Positions 45,430-54,974 of a DNA stretch of 64,000 nucleotides are shown in pieces; the first letter of the stretch is position 1, and each line of letters opens with the position of its first letter. A model generated the notes under the pieces. It ran no database searches. It had not been told where the DNA came from and saw nothing but the letters and a program-made list of their open reading frames with translations. Origin of the DNA: an uncultured Anaerolineales bacterium (GTDB lineage: Bacteria > Chloroflexota > Anaerolineae > Anaerolineales > UBA6663); the NCBI GenBank assembly GCA_964480865.1, contig CAYZRP010000001.1, forward strand, positions 22,096 to 86,095, read 5' to 3'. A program made the position numbers and the translations under genes.

Positions 45430-46398
45430 TCAGAGCTCGTAGCCGAAATACGAACGCGCCAGCACGCCCAGGTTGATCTGTCCGCCCACGAACGAGTGGC
45501 CGGTCTTCAGGCTGTTGATGATGACCTTCGCCGGCGAGTCGACAAGATCCGGCACCTCGAACCAGTTGCGGTTGTACTTCTCGAAGATGCGCGCGAACGG
45601 CATCCCCCAGAGCTCGCCCGAGTTCACGTCGAACGTGAAGGTCGGCAGGATCGACATGATGGCTTCATCGGGCACGTCGGCGTAGAGCACGGTGGTGGCG
45701 CCGTAGAAGAGGGCGTCGTTGGCGCGGCCCATCATCTCGCCCTCGTCGCCCACGAGCGGCGCGACCGGCGCGGTGCCGAAGCCGAACTTGACGGCATGGA
45801 TGTCGAAGCCGCGCAGGAAGAGCTTGATCATCACCTGCTCGACCGTGCGCGACGCGACCTGGATCGCGCCCACCAGGCAGGCCGTCGGCGCAAACACCAC
45901 GTAGACCTGCTCGGGCTGTACGCCGCACGCGGTCGCCACGAACTTGCAAAGATCATCGGACGGCACGCGCGTGGTTTGCAACTGCACGACCACTGCGCTC
46001 GGGTCCGGGTCGCGATAGCCGTGGCCGGACCAGCGATCGGCCAGCGCCACAGCCCGCGCCGGGCCGGAACCGATTTGGGCGAACTCGCCCTTGCCGAGCT
46101 CCCAGCAACCGGCCTGCGAGGCCACGACCGCGAGCACCGGGTTGTCGACCCAGACGTCGATCGACGGCACCGTAAACGGGCCGACCTCGAACCGGCCGTA
46201 GCCGGCACGGCCCTGGCCGCCGAACCCGGCCTCGACGAAGACCTGGCCGGCCTTCCAGCTTCCCGGGCAGCTGATGCCCATGTCGACGAGCGTGGCGCCG
46301 CAGTCGGCCTTCCACGACTTGATCTGAAGCTCTTCGGCATGCTCGATCGCGTCCTGCACGAGCTTCACGGCGTTTCGATTGAGGCTGATCGTCGTCAT
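45430..46398 (-). CDS. Methenyltetrahydromethanopterin-cyclohydrolase (Mch)-family protein, paralogue 1
   Basis: Start at 46398 (ggaga RBS) gives MTTISLNRNAVKLVQDAIEHAEEL. VDMGISCPGSWKAGQVFVEAGFGG, LAVVASQAGCW, QIGSGPARA, MGRANDALFYG and SPAKVIINSLKTGHSFVGG follow the Mch family pattern along the whole length. Confidence 0.8.
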   Translation of the reverse strand: MTTISLNRNAVKLVQDAIEHAEELQIKSWKADCGATLVDMGISCPGSWKAGQVFVEAGFGGQGRAGYGRFEVGPFTVPSIDVWVDNPVLAVVASQAGCWELGKGEFAQIGSGPARAVALADRWSGHGYRDPDPSAVVVQLQTTRVPSDDLCKFVATACGVQPEQVYVVFAPTACLVGAIQVASRTVEQVMIKLFLRGFDIHAVKFGFGTAPVAPLVGDEGEMMGRANDALFYGATTVLYADVPDEAIMSILPTFTFDVNSGELWGMPFARIFEKYNRNWFEVPDLVDSPAKVIINSLKTGHSFVGGQINLGVLARSYFGYEL

Positions 46399-46438
46399 CG
46401 ATGTCTCCGGGTGGCGGTGTGATCCGCCGTCGTCAGGT

Positions 46439-47938
46439 CTAGGCCCGGGCTGCGTTGATCGCTCGGGCAAGTTTTTGATACAGGCCAAGGCGTTCGGCAT
46501 ACAGGCCGGCGCGCTCGGGATCCGGTTCAAGGGAGTGATGGGCCGGCTGAAGCGCCGCGATCGCCTGATCGAGCGTCGAGTAGGCGCCGACGCCCCAACC
46601 AGCCAATGCAGCCGCTCCGACGGCGGCCCAGTCGGTGTCGGCCGCGACCTGGATCGGGATCCCGCAGGCGTCGGCCAGGATCTGCGACCAGACCGGGCTG
46701 CGATTGGCGCCGCCGGCCAGCCACAGTTCGTTGACAGGGACGTTCACCGAGCGCAGTTCCTCGAGCGCCCAACGCACTTCGAAGGCGCATCCCTCGAGCA
46801 CGGCCCGGCTCATGTCCGCACGCGTGTGTGCCAGCTCGAGGCCTACGAAGCCGCCGCCGGGTTTGGCCGCCGGGATCTGTGACGGCCCGCTCATCGACAT
46901 GAAGAACAGTCCGCGACTGCCGGCCGGGCTGACCGCCGCCGCCGCATTGAGCGCCGGGTAATACTTGCCAAGGTCCTCGCCTTCGGGCGTATCGACGGCG
47001 AAGCTCTGCCGCACCCACCAGTCGAGCGTGGCGCCGAAGCCTCCGACGAGCTGGCCGCCGAGGCGTTGCCCAGGCACGGCGTGGAAGTACAGGTTGACCC
47101 ACTCCGGCACCGCGTCGGTGGTGTCGGCCTCGACCACGCTCATCAACACCCAGGCGGTGCCGGTCGAAAGCATCACCTTGCCGGGCGCCGTCATCCCCAT
47201 GCCGAGGCCGGCGCAGGGCTGATCGTTGCCGCCGGCGATGACGGGCGTGCCCGCCGGCAGGTCCGTCAGCTGCGCGATCTCGGCCGTGATCTCGCCGACG
47301 CGCCGGCCGGCCCAACCGATGTCGGACTGCAACGACGCGTCGACGCCGCCGATTTCACACAGCTCGGTGTTCCATTCGCCCGTGCGGATGTCGACAAGCA
47401 GCATCTCGGACGAGGCCGACAGGTCTGTGGCGAAGCGGCCGGTCAGGCGATGGATGATGAAGTCCGCCGGGCCTAGATAGCGCTTCGCGGCGGCGTGCAC
47501 GTCCGGTCGATGCCGGCGCAGCCACCCGATAGACGGCAAGGGCAGCCCGGCGAAGGGGTGCCAGCCGCTCAGGCGTCTGATTGTCGCGGCCGTGCCGTCG
47601 GCATTCCATTCGTTGCTCTGTTCCTGGCTGCGGTTGTCGAGCCACGTGATCATGGGGTAGACCGGATCGCCCGCCAGATCTGTGGCGATGATCGAGCCGG
47701 CCTGAGCCGCGATCGCCAGCGATAGGATTCGGTAGCCCTCCATGCGCGCGACGATGTCTTTGAGGCTCTCGAGCAACGTCTGCCACACGGCTTCGGAGTC
47801 CTGTTCGACCCAACCCGGCTGCGGGGTCAGCAGCGGATAGGGCTGACCGGCACTGGCGACTTCTTTGCCGTCGAGGTCGAAGCCCATGATCTTCACCGAC
47901 GAGGTGCCGATGTCGATCCCCAGGATCGCGTCCTTCAT
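46439..47938 (-). CDS. FGGY-family carbohydrate kinase
   Basis: Start at 47938 (ATGA overlap with the aldolase stop) gives [21 protein letters not shown]...[12 protein letters not shown]. The C-terminal [25 protein letters not shown] is typical FGGY. Confidence 0.85.
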   Translation of the reverse strand: MKDAILGIDIGTSSVKIMGFDLDGKEVASAGQPYPLLTPQPGWVEQDSEAVWQTLLESLKDIVARMEGYRILSLAIAAQAGSIIATDLAGDPVYPMITWLDNRSQEQSNEWNADGTAATIRRLSGWHPFAGLPLPSIGWLRRHRPDVHAAAKRYLGPADFIIHRLTGRFATDLSASSEMLLVDIRTGEWNTELCEIGGVDASLQSDIGWAGRRVGEITAEIAQLTDLPAGTPVIAGGNDQPCAGLGMGMTAPGKVMLSTGTAWVLMSVVEADTTDAVPEWVNLYFHAVPGQRLGGQLVGGFGATLDWWVRQSFAVDTPEGEDLGKYYPALNAAAAVSPAGSRGLFFMSMSGPSQIPAAKPGGGFVGLELAHTRADMSRAVLEGCAFEVRWALEELRSVNVPVNELWLAGGANRSPVWSQILADACGIPIQVAADTDWAAVGAAALAGWGVGAYSTLDQAIAALQPAHHSLEPDPERAGLYAERLGLYQKLARAINAARA

Positions 47939-48720
47939 GCTCGACCTCGCTCGAAGATCTGTCTGGCGGAATCGCTGTCGGCTCCGCCGTGCACGATGGC
48001 CGACAGCGCGGCCACCATGGCCTGCGGGTCGCTGGCCTGGAAGACGTTGCGGCCAATGGCGACGCCTGCCGCGCCAGCCAGGATCGCTGCATGAACGGCC
48101 TTGAAGAGAGGATCCGGCGAATCGGCTCTCGCGCCTCCCAACATGACGACGGGAACGTACGTGTTCTGCACGACTCGCTCGAAGCCCTCGGCGTAAGGCA
48201 CCTTGGTCCAATCGGCGCCGAGTTCGGCCGCGACGCGCGCCGACAACGTGACAGCCTCGAGCGAGCGTCGCTCGGCCGGGGCATCGAATCCGCCCGGCTG
48301 CATCTCGGCCATCACGGGCAGGCCCCAGGCATGGGCGCTCGTGATGGTGTGCGCCAGAAGCTGAAGCGTCGCGGTCTCCTCCGGCGTGCCGGGGAAGGCC
48401 GAGACGGCCACGGCGTCAGCGCCGATCCGGAGTGCGTCTTCGACGGTGTAGAACGAGATGCCCGGCCCCATCTTGCCGAGCTTGGTCGCGCCGACGTCAA
48501 GGCGCAGGATCAAACCGAGCGGCGCGATCTCGGCCTCGAAGTTGCGGGCCATGCCGTAGCTGGTCAGGATGGCATCCGCGCCGCCCGCCACAAGTTGCGC
48601 GAGCAGGTCGGCCGGTGACTCGAGGCCGCGGACGGCGCCTTCGGTCAGGCCGTGATCGAGAGCCACGATCAGGGCGCGGCCATCCGAATGGAAGATGCGA
48701 TTGAGACGTCGACGCAGCAT
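47935..48720 (-). CDS. Class I aldolase of the DhnA/FbaB/LsrF (DeoC/LacD-like) family
   Basis: [20 protein letters not shown], then a Schiff-base lysine context GADWTKVPY, then VVMLGGAR. 261 aa. Confidence 0.8.
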   Translation of the reverse strand: MLRRRLNRIFHSDGRALIVALDHGLTEGAVRGLESPADLLAQLVAGGADAILTSYGMARNFEAEIAPLGLILRLDVGATKLGKMGPGISFYTVEDALRIGADAVAVSAFPGTPEETATLQLLAHTITSAHAWGLPVMAEMQPGGFDAPAERRSLEAVTLSARVAAELGADWTKVPYAEGFERVVQNTYVPVVMLGGARADSPDPLFKAVHAAILAGAAGVAIGRNVFQASDPQAMVAALSAIVHGGADSDSARQIFERGRA

Positions 48721-48740
48721 GATGAGCTATTCCTCACGCC

Positions 48741-49538
48741 TCAGACCGGCAGAAGCCGCTTGACTCGTTCGAGCGCTTCTACTTCCGTGGTCGACGGCGT
48801 GAACTCGAGACCGATGTAGCCGGTGTAGTTCAGTTCCACAAGCTTGCGATGGATGTTGACGAAGTTGATCTCGCCGGTGCCCGGCTCCTGGCGGGTGGGG
48901 ACGTCGCCGACGTGCACGGCGTCGTAGAGGCCTTTGTATTCCTCGAGGCCCCAGATCAGGTTTCCGGCCTGACGCTGCTGGTGATAGCAATCGAAGACCA
49001 TGCGCAATTTCGGGTGGTTGAAGCTCCGCACCCAGTCGGCCGCGAGACCGTGCTCGTTGACCAGGATGCCGCCCTTGATGTGGAACTCGTTGAGGGCCTC
49101 GACCCAGACGACGATGTTGGTCTGCTCGACGAGCTTCAGGATCCGCTCGGTCTGGCGCAGCGTGTTGGCGTACTGCTCGGCCGGCGTGAAGTTCGACGAC
49201 AGCCGCCGGGTCCACGTGCGCCCGTTGACGAAGTCGACCTGGTTTGAGAACAGGAACAGGTGCTCGACGCCGTGCTGGGCGGCCATCTCGAGGCTTTCGG
49301 CCCAGGTGCGCAGCGTGAGTTCGTTGTCGTTCGGGTCGGCCAGGCTGCCCATGTCGTCGTCGAAAGCCGAGTTCAACACCGCGCCGCAGCGCCGACACTC
49401 GGCCGCGATCTCGGCCATCGGCTGCATGCGCCACGACCACACGTCGAGCCGGCGCAGCCCAAGCGCCACCATCGGCTCGACGCGCTCGACGATCGGACGA
49501 TCCTTGAACCAGAAGTCCAGATACCCGGTGTATTCCAT
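48741..49538 (-). CDS. Xylose-isomerase-like TIM-barrel protein (hydroxypyruvate isomerase / OtnI-like)
   Basis: VWVEALNEF...MVFDCYHQQRQAGNL...HVGDVPTRQEPGTGEINFVNIHRKLVELNYTGYIGLEFTP is the Hyi/OtnI family signature. Confidence 0.8.
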   Translation of the reverse strand: MEYTGYLDFWFKDRPIVERVEPMVALGLRRLDVWSWRMQPMAEIAAECRRCGAVLNSAFDDDMGSLADPNDNELTLRTWAESLEMAAQHGVEHLFLFSNQVDFVNGRTWTRRLSSNFTPAEQYANTLRQTERILKLVEQTNIVVWVEALNEFHIKGGILVNEHGLAADWVRSFNHPKLRMVFDCYHQQRQAGNLIWGLEEYKGLYDAVHVGDVPTRQEPGTGEINFVNIHRKLVELNYTGYIGLEFTPSTTEVEALERVKRLLPV

Positions 49539-49604
49539 GTTCGCTTGCCTCCTTGACGGGTTTGCGTCACGGCCTTCAGACCGCGCTCGCCCGTGTGCTG
49601 TCGG

Positions 49605-51026
49605 TTAATCTTCGCGCCCGGCGCGGATCAAGAAATCGATGGTCAACGGGATCAGCGGCGGACGGATGGTGTACATGCCGATCGCGTCGAGATGCACGGC
49701 GCTGTTCGATGCGGCCTGGATGGCGTCGGCGATCGCGCGCTCGCACATCCGACCCTGGCAGTTGCCCATGCCCGCGCGCGTGATCATCTTGACCTCGCCG
49801 ATCGTGCGCGCGCCATCCGCCACGGCCGCGCGCACCCGGCCCAGCGTGACTTCCTCGCAGCGGCACAGCGGCGTCTCGTCGTGCAGGGCGGCGCGCAGCC
49901 CGGCAGGCGGAGTGAAGTACGCGTTCAAGAACGCGCTGAAGCGCCGTTGTTGCTCCAGCGCGGGTTGCAGATCCTGTCGCAGCGCCGTCACGCGCGTGGT
50001 GTCGATCTTGCCGGCATCGAGCGCGGCCGTCCATCCGGCGAGCCGACCCTCGAGCCGCCCGAGCCCTGCGCCGCCGACCCGAGCGCCATCGCCGGCCACG
50101 TAAACGCCAGGGGCGTCTGTGCGCAGGTCAGCGTCGCGGGTGGGGAGCCACTGCCGGGTCTGCGCGTCGAAGTCGAAGCCGCAGCCGATCATGCGCGCCA
50201 GGCTCGTGTTGGGCGTGAAGCCGTAGCCGCTGATGACGGCGTCGACCTCGACCGCGACCTCGCTGCCCGCGATCGGCGCGCCCGTCGCATCGAGCCGAGC
50301 CAGGGTCGCGCCGGTCACCTTGCCTTCGCCGTGCGCGGCCACGACCGACCAGCCCTGCCGGTAGGGTGTCTTTCCGCGCACGAGCGCCGCCATGTACTGC
50401 CAGCCTTCGCCGAGCCGGCGGCCTTCGCGCAGCAGCGTTGGCGCATGGGCCACCACGCCGAGCGGCAGCCGGTTGGCCTCGCATACGCCGACGACGGTCA
50501 CGCCCGCATCGATCAGGTGCGCGGCGATGGAGAGCAGCAGCGGCCCGGTGCCAGTCACGACCACGCGCTTGAAGGGCGCAACCCGCTGCGACTTGACGAA
50601 GTTCAGGGCGGCGCCGCAGGTGATCACGCCTGGCAGCGTCCAGCCCGGGAAGGGCAGCGGCGTGTCGTAAGCGCCGGTCGCTAACACAAGGCGTTGGGCG
50701 TGGATCTTGCGCGGATCGCCGGAGCAGTTCAGGTCGATCTCCCAGCCGTCGCCGCTCTCTTCTTTGAAGATCCCCCAGACCTGCGCCTCGAAGATCCTGC
50801 GCACACCGGCCGGCTCGAGCCGATCGGCAAGCTGTTGCCCTTCACGTTCGACGACGGTCGGGCGGAGCGATCGGAAGGTTTCGGGCGAGCGGTGGTAATA
50901 CTGCCCGCCGGCAGCTGGAGCCTGGTCGATCAGGATCGTCTTCAATCCGGCGCCGGCCGCCGCCAGCGCGGCTTCGATGCCGGCTGGGCCGGCGCCCACG
51001 ACGGCGAGTTCGCATCGGTCGCTCAC
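49605..51026 (-). CDS. FAD/NAD(P)-binding oxidoreductase subunit with a BFD-like [2Fe-2S] motif (HcnB / opine-oxidase-A-like)
   Basis: GTG start at 51026 (GTGA overlap with the upstream stop) gives VSDRCELAVVGAGPAGIEAALAAAGAG. A second dinucleotide fold (VVVTGTGPLLLSIAAHL) is present, as is CRCEEVTLGRV...TRAGMGNCQGRMC. Confidence 0.75.
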   Translation of the reverse strand: MSDRCELAVVGAGPAGIEAALAAAGAGLKTILIDQAPAAGGQYYHRSPETFRSLRPTVVEREGQQLADRLEPAGVRRIFEAQVWGIFKEESGDGWEIDLNCSGDPRKIHAQRLVLATGAYDTPLPFPGWTLPGVITCGAALNFVKSQRVAPFKRVVVTGTGPLLLSIAAHLIDAGVTVVGVCEANRLPLGVVAHAPTLLREGRRLGEGWQYMAALVRGKTPYRQGWSVVAAHGEGKVTGATLARLDATGAPIAGSEVAVEVDAVISGYGFTPNTSLARMIGCGFDFDAQTRQWLPTRDADLRTDAPGVYVAGDGARVGGAGLGRLEGRLAGWTAALDAGKIDTTRVTALRQDLQPALEQQRRFSAFLNAYFTPPAGLRAALHDETPLCRCEEVTLGRVRAAVADGARTIGEVKMITRAGMGNCQGRMCERAIADAIQAASNSAVHLDAIGMYTIRPPLIPLTIDFLIRAGRED

Positions 51027-51328
51027 AGCTTCATCTCCTGGTTGGTCTCGATGGCCATGCCGGCTTTCACCGGCGTCAGGCAGGCACGCACCGCGTGAGC
51101 GCCGTCGATCGTCACAAGGCACTCGAAGCACACGCCCATGCCGCAGTAGACACCGCGCGGCTCGCTCGAGCGCGCCGATCGGCGCAATGCCACGAGGCCC
51201 GCCGCGTACAGCACCGTCGCCACGGTCTCGCCTTCGAAGGCCTCGACGGCCGAGCCGTTCACGGTAACGGGCACAGGTTTGCCGCGTGCCACTTCAGGCA
51301 GAAGCGTGCTCGACGTCTTGATCCGCAT
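51023..51328 (-). CDS. Small (2Fe-2S)-binding subunit (HcnA / sarcosine-oxidase-alpha N-terminal-like)
   Basis: ATG at 51328 follows ggagggga. VTVNGSAVEAFEGETVATVLYAAGL...GVYCGMGVCFECLVTIDG..AVRACLTPV. 101 aa. Confidence 0.75.
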   Translation of the reverse strand: MRIKTSSTLLPEVARGKPVPVTVNGSAVEAFEGETVATVLYAAGLVALRRSARSSEPRGVYCGMGVCFECLVTIDGAHAVRACLTPVKAGMAIETNQEMKL

Positions 51329-51366
51329 CCTGAAATCCCCTCCGGTCATTGACACAACGCGCCGGC

Positions 51367-52536
51367 TCAACTCGCGTGAGCTTCCCAATACGACTCGGTT
51401 GGCCCCGAGAAACGTGTCGGGGCATATTGCTCCAATGAGAGCGGCGGCTTTTCGCCGCGGAACATCAGGGCCACCCACTGCGCCAGTAGCGGCACCGCCG
51501 TGATCGTCTCCATCAGGCTCGTCGCCACGAACAGGTTGTCGAGCCCGGGCGCCCAGCCGACCAGCGGCTCCTCGTCGGGCGTGAACGACGTCGGCCGACC
51601 CCAGCTGCGCACGATCCGTACCTTTGTCAGGAACGGATAGAGCTTGACCAGATCGGTGGCCAGGGCCGACGGGCCCCACGAACTGACGCGATGATGCAGC
51701 TCGGGCGTGCGCGTGACCGATTCGGCGATCGCGAGCGTGCCGTTGAGCTCGGGATGGATCCCGATGGTCACGGCCTTGGGCTTGCCGTGGATGGTCTCGT
51801 AGCTGTCCGAAAGGCCGATGTTGTGGAAGATCCGTGGCGGGATCGCCTCGGTGATGAATGACTCGGCGTGAGCGTGGTGGATGGGCAGTTCGACACCCGC
51901 CAGCCGTATCACGGGGTTCTCCCAGGCGCCGGCCATGACGGCCACGATGCCCGCTGAATATGTCGCGACCGCGGTCTTCACCGACACGATGCGCCGGCCC
52001 TCGACCTGCAGGGCGATCACAGGCTCATGGCGGTGGAGCTCGGCGCCGAGGCGCCTGGCCGCGCGCGCGTAAGCGTGGATGAACCTCAGCGGATCAACGC
52101 GACCTTCGACCGAATGGACGGCGCCGAACAGGCCGTCGAGGACGAGGTTGGGCTCGGCCTCGCGCAGCGCGTCCACGTCGATCACTTCGGTCGGGATGCC
52201 GACCGAGGTCAGGAAGGTCGAGCGCTCGAGCCAGCTGGCCCGGTGGGGTTCACGGCGCAGCAACAACAGCAGCGACGCCCGGCGCCAGTCGTAGTCGTAG
52301 CCCAGTTCCTCGGCCAGATGCTCGTGTCGCTCGACGCCGCCGCGCACCAGGGCGATGTTGAGCGGGTCGAGGTGGCCCTCGCAGACCTGGGCGCGGCCCG
52401 AGCACGAGCCCGAGGTGCCGCTCCCCAGGTCGCCGGCCTCGAGCAACAACACCCGCAGGCCGGCCTTGGCGGCTTCGTAGGCGGCTGACACTCCCAGGAA
52501 TCCGCCGCCGATGATGATCACGTCGTGAGTCGTCAT
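51367..52536 (-). CDS. FAD-dependent oxidoreductase subunit (HcnC / opine-oxidase-B / sarcosine-oxidase-beta-like)
   Basis: MTTHDVIIIGGGFLGVSAAYEAAKAGLRVLLLEAGDLGSGTSGSCSG. 389 aa. The start overlaps the Mch-2 stop (ATGA at 52533-52536). Confidence 0.8.
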   Translation of the reverse strand: MTTHDVIIIGGGFLGVSAAYEAAKAGLRVLLLEAGDLGSGTSGSCSGRAQVCEGHLDPLNIALVRGGVERHEHLAEELGYDYDWRRASLLLLLRREPHRASWLERSTFLTSVGIPTEVIDVDALREAEPNLVLDGLFGAVHSVEGRVDPLRFIHAYARAARRLGAELHRHEPVIALQVEGRRIVSVKTAVATYSAGIVAVMAGAWENPVIRLAGVELPIHHAHAESFITEAIPPRIFHNIGLSDSYETIHGKPKAVTIGIHPELNGTLAIAESVTRTPELHHRVSSWGPSALATDLVKLYPFLTKVRIVRSWGRPTSFTPDEEPLVGWAPGLDNLFVATSLMETITAVPLLAQWVALMFRGEKPPLSLEQYAPTRFSGPTESYWEAHAS

Positions 52537-53501
52537 GGTATGTCGATGTCGAACAGGCTCTTCAGGATCAGATCGTCGCGCATCCGCCCGGCCTTGAACA
52601 TCCGCCCGGTCTTCATATTCACGATCTGCACCGCCGCCGGCGAATGGATGTCCAGGTCCATCTGGTAAAAGTCGCGGTTGGCTTCGACGAACAGGTCGCG
52701 GAACAGCCGGCCGTAGTCGCGCGACGACTCGGTCACGAGCTTCGGCAGGACGGCCGCGATCGTGTCGTCGTCGCCATGCACCCAGAACTCGGACCGGCCG
52801 CCGTAGAGCAGGCAGTCGTTGATCTTGCCCATCGCGGCCTCGGCATCTTCATCCACCGGGGCGACGATACACAGCCCGCGCGCGTGGGCGAGCGTGTTCA
52901 GATCGTAGCCCTTCTTCATCATCTTGTTGATGGTCTGCTCGAGGATGCGTGCGGAGACCTGGATCGCGGCCACGATCGAGCTGGTCTTGTGGGCCAGGAA
53001 GTACACGTGATCGGGCGCGACGCGACAATCGGCAACGACCTGGGCCGTCATGCGATCGTCGGGCAGGTGGTTGGCCTGCACGCCAAAGATCACGGTGTCG
53101 GCAGTGTCGCGGTAGGTCGTGAACTCGAAGCTGTGGTCGATCGCCAGCGCGGCTTTGGCGCGGCCAGGTCCAGAACCAATGGCCGCGAAGTCGCCGCTGC
53201 CGAGCGGGTAGCCGCCGATCTGGCTGCACAGGCAGGCCAGCAGCGGCTCAGATGTTGTCACCTCGACGGCCATCACCGAGACGTCACCGGGCAGGGTGTA
53301 GTGGGTAAGCTGGCAGGCGCCGAGGTCGGCCATGCTGATCTCGGCGAAGAGCCGGCCGGCTTCGAAACTGCCCTTCGCGTTTACGCCCATGTCGATCACG
53401 TGGGCGCCGGAGGGGAGACGCAGATACTGACAGCCCAACGCCTCGGCGTTTGCGATCAGGTGCTGGACCTTTGGGAGGGCGTGCTCATTCAGGCTGATCA
53501 T
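52533..53501 (-). CDS. Methenyltetrahydromethanopterin-cyclohydrolase (Mch)-family protein, paralogue 2
   Basis: MISLNEHALPKVQHLIANAEAL, IDMGVNAKGSFEAGRLFAEISMADLG, EPLLACLCSQIGGY, AIGSGPGRA, MGKINDCLLYGGRS, ESSRDYGRLFRDLFVEANRDFYQMDLDIHSPAAVQIVNMKTGRMFKAGR: Mch family pattern end to end. Confidence 0.8.
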   Translation of the reverse strand: MISLNEHALPKVQHLIANAEALGCQYLRLPSGAHVIDMGVNAKGSFEAGRLFAEISMADLGACQLTHYTLPGDVSVMAVEVTTSEPLLACLCSQIGGYPLGSGDFAAIGSGPGRAKAALAIDHSFEFTTYRDTADTVIFGVQANHLPDDRMTAQVVADCRVAPDHVYFLAHKTSSIVAAIQVSARILEQTINKMMKKGYDLNTLAHARGLCIVAPVDEDAEAAMGKINDCLLYGGRSEFWVHGDDDTIAAVLPKLVTESSRDYGRLFRDLFVEANRDFYQMDLDIHSPAAVQIVNMKTGRMFKAGRMRDDLILKSLFDIDIP

Positions 53502-53530
53502 CGACGATGGATCTCCCGGGTTGATCGGTG

Positions 53531-54949
53531 TTAGCCGTGGCGCGTGAACGGGCCGACGTCGACGGGTCGGCCGTTGATCGTGTTGCCGAGCCCGACGCGC
53601 TGGCGCAAGTTGTAAGCCGACTCCTGCAATGCATAGACGGCTTCCGTCTCATCCGTCGAACAGATCACGCCATCCTGCATCACGATGCGCCCGTGGATGA
53701 CGACCGTCTGGATCGAGGTCGGGTTGGACGAGTACACCAGGCACGTGATTGGATCGGTGACCGGCACGCAGGCGACGTTCCTCGGGTCGAACAAGAAGAA
53801 GTCCGCCAGTTTGCCGACTTCGAGCGAGCCGATCTCGCTCTCGCGGCCGACGACGCGTGCACCCTCGATCGTCGCCATCTTGACGACGTCCAGGGCGTTC
53901 AGGATCGTGGGGTCCTGGTGGAAGCCCTTATGGACGATGGCCGCCAGCTTGATGACCTCGAGCATGTTCTGCGTATCGTTGCTGGCCGCACCGTCCGTCC
54001 CGAGGCCGACGTCGAGGCCCAGGCGCTTCAACGTCGGGACTGGCGCGACCCCTGAGGCGAGGAGCAGGTTCGAGACCGGGTTGTGCGAGCACTTGATCTT
54101 GCGCCTGCCGAAGATCTCGAGCGTGGTCGAGTCGAGGTGGACGAGGTGAGCGCCGATGAAGTCCTCGCCCAGGATGCCGGTCTGGTCGAGCAGCTCGGCC
54201 GTGTTCATGTCGTAGTGCGCTCGAGTGAAGGCGTCGTCCTCGGGGGTCTCGTCGAGGTGCATGGTGATGCGCAGGCCGTGCTGGTCCGCGTACTGCCGCA
54301 GTCGACGATAGCCGTCGGGGTCCATGTCCCAGACGATCCCGGGCGCGAGGGCGAGCGAGACCGTCTCATGTCCTGCGAGTGTTTCGCGCAGCCGATCGAC
54401 ATCGGCGTAGAACATGTCCTCTGTCTCGTTGATCGGGCAGCGAATGGCGTCAGGGAAGCCGTCGGTCTTCGTGTGCGCGCGCCCGAGGATGCCGCGGATG
54501 CCCGTCCGCTCGAAGGCTCGCACCACAGCGTCGTCCAGGCCGCTCTCGCTGGCGTGGGCGTACATGTAGTCGAGCACCGTGGTCACTCCGCTGCGGATGT
54601 TCTCCAGGCAGCCGGCAACCGCGGCATTGTAGATATCGACAGAGCGGATCTCATGCAGGGCCTTGCGGACGGAGTTGTCGAGCCAGTCGAACAGACGCAG
54701 GTCGCGGCCCAGGCCCTTGAGAGCATTCTGGAACAGGTGAGTGTGCGTGTTGATGAAGCCCGGGAAGACGAATCGGTCGCGGCCATCGATGACGACTGGG
54801 CTCGCGTAGGCTGCCAGGATCTCGGCGCTTGGGCCCATGGCGACGATGCGGCTGTCGCGTATCGCCATCGCGTGGTCTTCCAGGATGCTGATGCTCTGGT
54901 CCATCGTCACCAGCGTGGTGTCTCTGACGATCAGCGTCACGTTTTCCAT
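53531..54949 (-). CDS. Metal-dependent amidohydrolase (chlorohydrolase / nucleobase-nucleoside deaminase-like subgroup)
   Basis: Start at 54949 gives MENVTLIVRDTTLVTMD. FVFPGFINTHTHLFQNALKG (HxH motif) is present, along with later TMHLDE, GAHLVH and LGTDGAASN motifs. Confidence 0.85.
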   Translation of the reverse strand: MENVTLIVRDTTLVTMDQSISILEDHAMAIRDSRIVAMGPSAEILAAYASPVVIDGRDRFVFPGFINTHTHLFQNALKGLGRDLRLFDWLDNSVRKALHEIRSVDIYNAAVAGCLENIRSGVTTVLDYMYAHASESGLDDAVVRAFERTGIRGILGRAHTKTDGFPDAIRCPINETEDMFYADVDRLRETLAGHETVSLALAPGIVWDMDPDGYRRLRQYADQHGLRITMHLDETPEDDAFTRAHYDMNTAELLDQTGILGEDFIGAHLVHLDSTTLEIFGRRKIKCSHNPVSNLLLASGVAPVPTLKRLGLDVGLGTDGAASNDTQNMLEVIKLAAIVHKGFHQDPTILNALDVVKMATIEGARVVGRESEIGSLEVGKLADFFLFDPRNVACVPVTDPITCLVYSSNPTSIQTVVIHGRIVMQDGVICSTDETEAVYALQESAYNLRQRVGLGNTINGRPVDVGPFTRHG

Positions 54950-54974
54950 GACCAGGATCCCCCCAGGTCGTCGA

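Noticed and set aside
49605-52536. Calling the three-subunit flavoenzyme hydrogen cyanide synthase (hcnABC).
   Set aside because: The HcnABC, opine oxidase and D-hydroxyproline dehydrogenase families cannot be told apart by eye. The gene order is C-A-B, and the sugar- and heterocycle-catabolic context argues against cyanogenesis. Only the family-level call is kept.
45430-53501. Interpreting the two Mch genes as part of an H4MPT-dependent formaldehyde-oxidation module.
   Set aside because: No fae, mtdA/B, fhcABCD or H4MPT-biosynthesis genes are visible in the 64 kb. The neighbours are kinase, aldolase, amine-oxidase and amidohydrolase genes. A whole-genome check is needed before excluding this fully.
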